A stretch of DNA of 63,359 nucleotides, counting the filler, from Cercozoa sp. M6MM (Eukaryota > Protista > Endomyxa: Ascetosporea): NCBI GenBank assembly GCA_040357565.1. It is 12 parts of 12 records of this genome, joined end to end, with 100 filler letters (N's around TTAATTAATTAA, not from the genome) between each part and the next. Parts side by side here need not be neighbours in the genome. Positions count along the whole stretch, not along the records: positions 48,849 to 62,090 come from JBDODJ010000362.1; positions 62,191 to 63,359 come from JBDODJ010002138.1; 10 more parts are not named here. One strand, written 5' to 3'. Of the stretch, positions 54,201-63,359 are shown piece by piece. Within the stretch, counting starts at the first letter, position 1; each line of letters begins with the position of its first letter. The notes beneath the pieces were generated by a model, which was given only the letters and a program-made list of their open reading frames with translations, searched no databases and had not been told where the DNA came from. The position numbers and the translations under genes are program-made.

Positions 54201-55265
54201 GACCGTCATTGGAGGGCTGCTGGTTGAGGTCAATTTTTTCTTACGAAGCGCTGCGCCCGCAGCCAGCACTATTTGCCTCTCTTGAAATGGGTTGCATTGA
54301 ATATAACTTATTATAATTTAGATCTGCGTGATTGGTGCTGCAATGGTTGGTCAAAGAGTGGAAGTCACCGAGCTCTCAGACAATGAGTATATCTACGTCG
54401 ACTGTTTTCGGTCGAATTCGGCGCTGGGATTGTTGCCGAAGCTTCCTATAATCATCGCGACACTGTGGGTGATAAAGCTGTGCGTCTCTTTGCGGGATGC
54501 ACCGCCTGAGTTTAAGGAAGCCACGCAGGTAACCCTCTCATCGCCTTTAGTAAAATACTCGTAAAAATAATCCCCATGTACCGTAGATCGAAATCATTGT
54601 GTGGCTGGCACTCTGTACTATCGTAGTCATTGGTATAAATTTACGCACGCACTTGTGTCATGATAGTATTTTCAACCAGCAAGGTAGAGTCTATTGCTTT
54701 ACAGAGATTGTGAAGGGACTGTATGTTGGTCGTCTCAACGTAGTCGCTCGCCTGTCCGCAGTGTAAACCCAGCTCCTTACCCGGATGTTAACACAAACGA
54801 CTGTTGTGATGTTTTTTCAGTGGCCACTTCCTCACAATTTCATACATCCTCTTCGTGGTAAGTGTTTAAAAAAAAAATTTATTCACCTCTAAGTTTAGTT
54901 TAGTTTCTAACGTAAATTGAAGTGTGTGCTCGTAGTACACGCTGCCTCGATTCTTGAGGTGCGCCTTTTCCGGTGGGCTTGTTTGTGTTTACTGTATGAA
55001 ATGGTTTGCAATATCGCAGTCTTCACTACGGGCTGAGATACTCACTCCTGTCAGGTGTTAATTTTACATGGCACTGAATTCAGCAGTTGTTTGTGTGCCA
55101 ATAATTGACTATCGTTTGCTTTCTCTCATTCTATCAGATTTATTGCTGCCCCCTCGCGCATTAGAGACTATGAGCGTCTTGCGCGAAAGAAACGGAGACG
55201 CGATCCATTTTGTCTCAGTGAGACCACCTACTGAGGCGCCGAGTGAGCGGTTACCGACGGCGTAA
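51247..55265 (+). CDS. Class C (7tm_3, GABA-B-like) GPCR with a solute-binding-protein-like ectodomain
   Basis: A signal peptide precedes the ectodomain WLSEDISVEVVALILEQALG and HYDINVEAW. The 7TM region has KERLIKAASPKMSQI, WIPNIAL, FAAKNSRLEKIF and LRDAPPEFKEATQI. Confidence 0.75.
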
Positions 55266-55443
55266 GGGTACCACCGAACTTGTCGGGCGAGAGTCAGGAG
55301 ACCGAGGTGTGAATAAATTATGAAGCCCAACTGTCCATATATAGGCTGTGTAGGCTGAGTCAGGTATTTAGTGCAGCAAATTTAAATAAATTTGTGGACG
55401 TATCCCTGCCGGTACCCGGTGTCATTTCAGTTTTACTCACAAT

Positions 55444-57599
<2,156 letters not shown>

Positions 57600-57917
57600 C
57601 CTTGTTTAAGCCACTCCAACTTACCCCAACTGAACTGGAAGTTCGGGCAAACTCCTGGAATTCAGTTGCCTCTAGCTCGCCCAGCGTTGGAAGGCCACAG
57701 CACTAGGGTTGCAAGCAGCAAACTCGTTCATTTGATAGTTTCTCGTTTTGACCCAGGCTGGCAGAATAGCAGACAGGGGACCTTGGGAAAAAACGGATTT
57801 TCCACTCAGGGTCAAACAGAATAATAATTGTTCTGTACTTGTACAACAGGAACGGAGCTCAGGTTGCCCGGTTGTGCGCACGTGTGTTAAAACACACTCG
57901 AGATAAAACTCTGGGAA

Positions 57918-58876
57918 ATGGACGAGCTGCGCAGCATTGTGCTGTCAAAGTTTTTCGTTTCGCATGTCGCAGTGATTCTGTCGTACGCATGGACGCGTCA
58001 GGGTCACCCGAGCATCGCACGCAGCACGGGGCGCAACCCATTTTCCTCTTCGTTCGCCGCCGAGTCGCAAGTGCTGCGTAAGTGTTGTGCAGACTGTGTG
58101 CGTGTGTTACATTTGGTTGGTATGGTTGCCGTCAGTCGCCATCGTGATGGTGGCCGTCAGTCGCATCATGAAAAGCGATAGTTGGCGCGAGCGCGTCCAG
58201 TCGCTCGTGTCGCTGCTGCGACTGGCGGTGTGTGCACTGACGCTGGCGATTTCGTACAAGATCGGCGCCATCTACATTGCAGTGTTCGCCGCGCTTTTCT
58301 TCCTGGGTAGTCTTTTGTTTTTTGAGCCCATGGGGGGGGTGTCGAGATGTGCCTCTGTGTAGTCCCGCCTCCCAAGTACCAGGGACCGTCGCAGGTGCAC
58401 AGTCTGACGGCAGAGGACCTTGACTCGTTGCTGAAGACGTCCAAGAACGACACGGCGCTCTGTCTGTATGCCACTTGGCATCCCGACTGTGACAAGGTGT
58501 GTCTGCCCTAATTCTGTTATGCTCAGTCAAACATGTTGGTTGTTGGTGCAGTTCGAGGAGACATTTGCCAAGGTGTCGCAGAAACTCGGCAGCGAGGCGC
58601 TGACGTTGGCCAAGTTCGACGTTGGCCACAATCCGCCCTACGCCAAGCGATTCCGTGCCTCTCTTTGCTTTATTGCTTGTGTTGTCTGTGTATGTGTCTT
58701 CATGCTGTGCTACAGAGGTGGACATCTCGGCCACGTCGCGATCGCTGCCGACTATCCTGTTTCTGCGGCAAGGACAGGAGGTGCGACGGACTGCCGGAGC
58801 ACTGCCACGCAAGGCGCTCGAACACTTCCTCCTGGCCGACAACGATCGCGACGAGGACGACGAAAAGACTGACTGA
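57918..58876 (+). CDS. TMX2: Thioredoxin-related transmembrane protein 2
   Basis: N-terminal TM segments are followed by PPKYQGPSQV, LYATWHPDC (single Cys), LTLAKFDVG and ISATSRSLPTILFLRQGQEV. Confidence 0.85.
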
Positions 58877-59043
58877 CCTGTCAACCGGAAGCAGACTAGC
58901 CGAGCGTAGATTTATTTCCATTGCCGTGCGGTTAACGTAGTATTATCGTATACGATATCCGATTCGATCGTAAATTTACAGTATATTAATTACGGAGTGT
59001 ATCGTACGTTACTCAGCAACTTGACCGTACCGTGTTAAAATTA

Positions 59044-60621
59044 TTAGTGGAAGGCCGGTTGCTCTAAAACCTGACGCAGCTTCTCGTGAGTCTGCACTTG
59101 CCGTTTCGCGGATTGAATTGCCCGGAGGTACTCCCTGGCGGGATCGCGAGGCAGCATCGCTTGGCGCTCTGCGTCGAGTCGCTTCTTGAATTCGCGAAAT
59201 TTCTGACCGATTTCTACTCTCGCTGCGTCGATCGTTCGTTCCAAAAACTGCACTTCTGCAGCCAGCAGCTTGTGTTGCTTCATCAGTTCTTGGTACTGCG
59301 ACTGTGTACAGGCAAAAACCTCAGTTAGACCTACTGCAGTATGTACAGTACTTTGCGTTGCCTCGGGACTGTTTTACCTTGGTTTGTGTGAGTCCACGTC
59401 GCAGCTGGAGTTCCTCTTCGTCGATAATTTCGGGCAGCGGCTCGCCTGTGATGCTTGCGTCGCGCCGCTCTTCAAAACTCCTGCTGCTTTCGCGCTCTTG
59501 CTTCTTGCGAGCGATTTGGTTGCGTGCTTCTCGTATGCTCTTGCTCAGCGCGTTCAATTGTTTGACAACTGTCACGTTTTCCTGAGTTTTCTCCTTGAGA
59601 TTTGAGATGCTTTCTTCGCGTTTTTCGTTGGCTTGAGCCATCGCTGCGTGCTCCTGTAAAAATCGCTGCCAATCGGAGAGTTCTTCTTGCTCTTTTTCGA
59701 CGGATGCATTCTCTGGTGTCTCTCTTTCGTCAGGTACTTCTTCAGTTTCCTTTGATTCTTTCGACGCGCTGACAGAAGCAGAAGTCGCACCCACGTGCTT
59801 TTGACCAGTCTGCAACTCGTTCCACGCAAAGCCGCACACAAGTTGCAACGCCCGAGTCGTATTTCCATTCATTTGCGCACTAAGTTCCTGGATGAACTCG
59901 GTCATTGCAGCAATGGTTTCACTCTCGGCGTTGGGCGAAAGCTCACTGCAGTCTCGAAGGCGCTGCAGTTGTTTTTGCAGGACGTCGCACTTCACGTTCA
60001 GATCGAGGTGCGTGTTGATGCTCGTGGAGACCGGCAGATTGCGAACCCGGGAGGCGAAGCGCATTGTCGACACTGTTTCGTGCAGAAAACCGGCATTGTC
60101 CAGCACGTTGGCAATGAGAAACGTCTGTGAGTTGCCTCCGATCGAGTCGCGCAGCAGCGACGTCAGTACGGAGCTTCGCCTGTCGAATACACTTTTTGCG
60201 AGTACCAAACAATAAGTTTACCCCCGGGGGCTGTACAGTACCAAGGAACGTGCGTTCGTTTCTTGTCATTGAGTGCAAGTACGACCAACTCGAGTTGACT
60301 CAGCGATTGATTGATACACTTCAGTTCTGCCACCATTGCGCCTTGACTGTTCGACTTCTCGAGGCGCTCGGATCCGGCAAGGTCGCAGATGTGGATTTTC
60401 GAGCTCTAGTCTCAAGGTACACTTCTGAGGGGGAAGAGGAAGACAAACAGACAGAGTCGGAGGTACAGTACCGTGACCATGCTGACAGCTGCGTCGTCTC
60501 CCACTGAAGGATGTGCGTCCAGCCACATGGTGAGAATGCAGTGACTCCTGCTCGAGTCGCGATTCAGTTTGTGTGAATCCGTTTTTCTTCTGCACAAGTG
60601 TGTGTGTGTGCGTGTGTGTGT

Positions 60622-60676
<55 letters not shown>

Positions 60677-61350
60677 TGTCAATAGTCATTAACTTACTGC
60701 AAGCTTCCGCGAAAGACAGTCTCCAGCGCCGATCTTTCGTCAGAAACGGTGACACGAGTGAGGTTGGTGACGCGAATACTCGTGTTGTTCGACTCGTCAA
60801 CATGCTCAACGATCTGCAGTGGCACCGACCTTTGCTCTGGGTCTGACAGCAAGTCGATCAGCGTGTTCTTGTAGATTTCGAGCATTGAGATTCGCAGCGT
60901 GTTTACTCGGTCCGACTTCTCGTCAAACAAGGCGAAGATTCGCTCGATGGCACGGGGCACAATGCCTCGCTCGTGGTAGTCCCCGTTCGGTCCAAAGATT
61001 GTGTGTGACTTGCCAGCTCCAGTCTGCCCGTAGGCAAAGATGCAGCCGCAGATACCGTTCGTGAAATCCTCGACTGCTCCTTTCACTTGCTCGAAAACGT
61101 CAGCATTGGAGACCTCAGCGTTGAGAATCTTGTCGAATTGAAAGTTGAGTTGGTCGACCGCACCAACGTTTTCAACGTACAGCTTTTCATCCTCTTGCAT
61201 CTTAAGAACGTGCTCTGGAGACATTTCGAGATCAGGCCTCACGCGAAGCAACGCTTTGATCGTCTCGGGAGACGAACTTTCGCTTTTCAGTCCGCTATCA
61301 CTGGACGCATCTACGTCATCTGCTTCGACCTGACCGGGTCTCCTTTTCAT
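59044..61350 (-). CDS. Kinesin-9 family motor (KIF9/KIF6-like)
   Basis: Motifs include IFAYGQTGAGKSHT, YHERGIVPRAI, HKLNRDSSRSHCI, ICDLAGSER, LRDSIGGN and ETVSTMRFASRV. The tail IIDEEE..LTQTK..Y is typical of KIF6/9. Confidence 0.92.
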
Positions 61351-62190
61351 TCAATGTACTGGCTGGCTGCCAAGTGAGCAACTTAACTTATCTAGCGCTA
61401 CAGTATGCTATTACAGTCTGCTGAGAGGGGCTGAGGTTACTTTCTTTTTTGCTGAGCTCCGCGCGGTTACTGTCGTGTCTTCGCCTGCATCAGTTCGGTT
61501 CACGTCAGTCGGTGGTTAGTTTAGTTCAGACTAAGAACCCAACTATACAGTTTCCCTGTACCAGTCCTGCGCTGGGGTGGGTCACAAGCGCACGGCCATT
61601 TTTGATTGATCATGAATTGGAAGGCCGTCCACGCCGGTTGATTCCGTTCAGTTCGATTTCAGTGCAGTCGAGTTGAGTCACTACTCGAGGTGCAGCTCCT
61701 CCGTAGCAGCAGTGCGCAAGCGCCAGTGCAGGTGCAACTGACGCAGCAGACGCGAACTAACAATGGATATAGATGGATAGATACATGGATAGATAGATGG
61801 ATAGATCGAGAGAAGTCGATAGATTTGGTACAGATATACATACAAATGTACGTACACTATATATACAAATAGGGAGAGTACAAGGATCGCTCAAGTTCGT
61901 CAAGTCGTCGCACGCGCCAGTTGGCGCCATTCTCGATGAGATCCGCCGCCTCCGCCGTCGTGCTCGGTGCGCGCCACTCGCCTGACACACGGGGGAGGGG
62001 GGGGGGGGGGAAAAGGAAAACAAAAAAAAGGGGGAAGCGACGACTCGTCGAACTTAAGCGAGCCTTGCACTCGCCCTATTGGTATATATANNNNNNNNNN
62101 NNNNNNNNNNNNNNNNNNNNNNNNNNNNNNNNNNTTAATTAATTAANNNNNNNNNNNNNNNNNNNNNNNNNNNNNNNNNNNNNNNNNNNN

Positions 62191-62539
62191 GGGGGGGGGG
62201 GGGGGGGGGGGGAGGCGGCCTACGTGTCCAGCCGGAGTCCTTGGAGCGACCGCGTTTTTCGAGCCACCCGGCGAAACTCGGCTTGGCCTCCTCCGCGTCC
62301 ACATCTGTCCAGGTACAGTCCAGGTACGGTCCAGTACAGGTACAATCCAGTCCAAGTACAGTCCAGTTCAAGTACAGTCCAGTCCAAAAACAGTCCAGTA
62401 CAGGTATAGTACATTACAGGTATAGTACAGTACAGGTATAGTACAGTACAGGTATAGTACAGTACAGGTACAGATAGGACCAAAGAAAAAACAAAATTAC
62501 TGCGCTCAACTGGCGACTGCCAGCCGTGCGGAACTCTGC
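62191..62539. repeat. Apparently exact duplicate of 63011-63359
   Basis: The same exon and (GTACAG/GTCCAG) intron sequence appear on either side of a 100-N gap. Confidence 0.92.
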
Positions 62540-62639
62540 NNNNNNNNNNNNNNNNNNNNNNNNNNNNNNNNNNNNNNNNNNNNNNNNNNNNNNNNNNNNN
62601 NNNNNNNNNNNNNNNNNNNNNNNNNNNNNNNNNNNNNNN

Positions 62640-62683
<44 letters not shown>

Positions 62684-62726
62684 ATTGAAATTAGACTCCC
62701 CCCATACCCCTGTACCCCCTTACCCA

Positions 62727-63130
62727 CTAGGAATGCGATACCGATCCAAGGGCAAAGAGCCAGGCGTTGAGTTCGTCGACGTCGTCGGCCACGAGGACCC
62801 AGGAGCGCTGGATGGTGGCGATGATGAAGGAGTGCGCCACCTGCGTCGACGCCGCCGTCGACACGATGTCGCCCAGTGCGATGCTTCCGCGCGGACTCTT
62901 GTCCTGTGCCTGCTTGAAGTAGCACAGCGTGCCCTCCGACGGCGTCAGCACAAAGTATCTTCCTGGGGGTAGGAGGTAAGGGGGTATAGAGGGCAAGAGA
63001 GAGGGGTTGAGGGGGGGGGGGGGGGGGGGGGGAGGCGGCCTACGTGTCCAGCCGGAGTCCTTGGAGCGACCGCGTTTTTCGAGCCACCCGGCGAAACTCG
63101 GCTTGGCCTCCTCCGCGTCCACATCTGTCC
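62727..63130 (-). CDS. PH-domain exons of a larger protein
   Basis: The spliced reading is FAGWLEKRGRSKDSGWTRR/YFVLTPSEGTLCYFK..PRGSIAL..HSFII..SWVLVADDVDELNAWLFAL. Confidence 0.9.
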
Positions 63131-63359
63131 AGGTACAGTCCAGGTACGGTCCAGTACAGGTACAATCCAGTCCAAGTACAGTCCAGTTCAAGTACAGTCC
63201 AGTCCAAAAACAGTCCAGTACAGGTATAGTACATTACAGGTATAGTACAGTACAGGTATAGTACAGTACAGGTATAGTACAGTACAGGTACAGATAGGAC
63301 CAAAGAAAAAACAAAATTACTGCGCTCAACTGGCGACTGCCAGCCGTGCGGAACTCTGC

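Noticed and set aside
62191-63359. Tandem PH exon duplication
   Set aside because: The copies look identical including the intron, and they flank a 100-N gap at scaffold ends. This is most likely an assembly artefact.

Overview
This is eukaryotic, very intron-rich genomic DNA. It is not one locus: 12 contigs are joined by 100-nt N spacers carrying TTAATTAATTAA, so gene order across spacers means nothing. Reading across GT-AG introns by eye gives Ku70, a cytochrome b5-domain protein, a PSI-domain membrane protein, a DEAH helicase, MCM9, Nup205, carbamoyl-phosphate synthetase, CTR9, an MTRR-like flavodoxin, the ALAS 3' end, a PDZ protein, OSCP1, an EBP/EXPERA protein, a Reeler protein, a class C GPCR, a DYRK kinase, TMX2, a kinesin-9 and a PH domain. 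ALAS plus kinesin-9 and OSCP1 suggest a heterotrophic, probably flagellated lineage. The most unusual region is about 26.5-34.2 kb. It is an island of small unrecognised genes (secreted, membrane, or carrying an NLS plus RVxF motif) and a disrupted SET-domain gene. Part of it is bracketed by two ~230-270-bp inverted arms, each holding a tandem array of a 31-bp hairpin-containing unit. It is a candidate cargo-carrying transposon or endogenous viral remnant. Also notable are ~25 introns in 3.5 kb of the CPS gene, many falling into TTTACCCC-rich or CACGTG-rich classes. All family calls come from motif recognition, not database searches, and exon boundaries are approximate.
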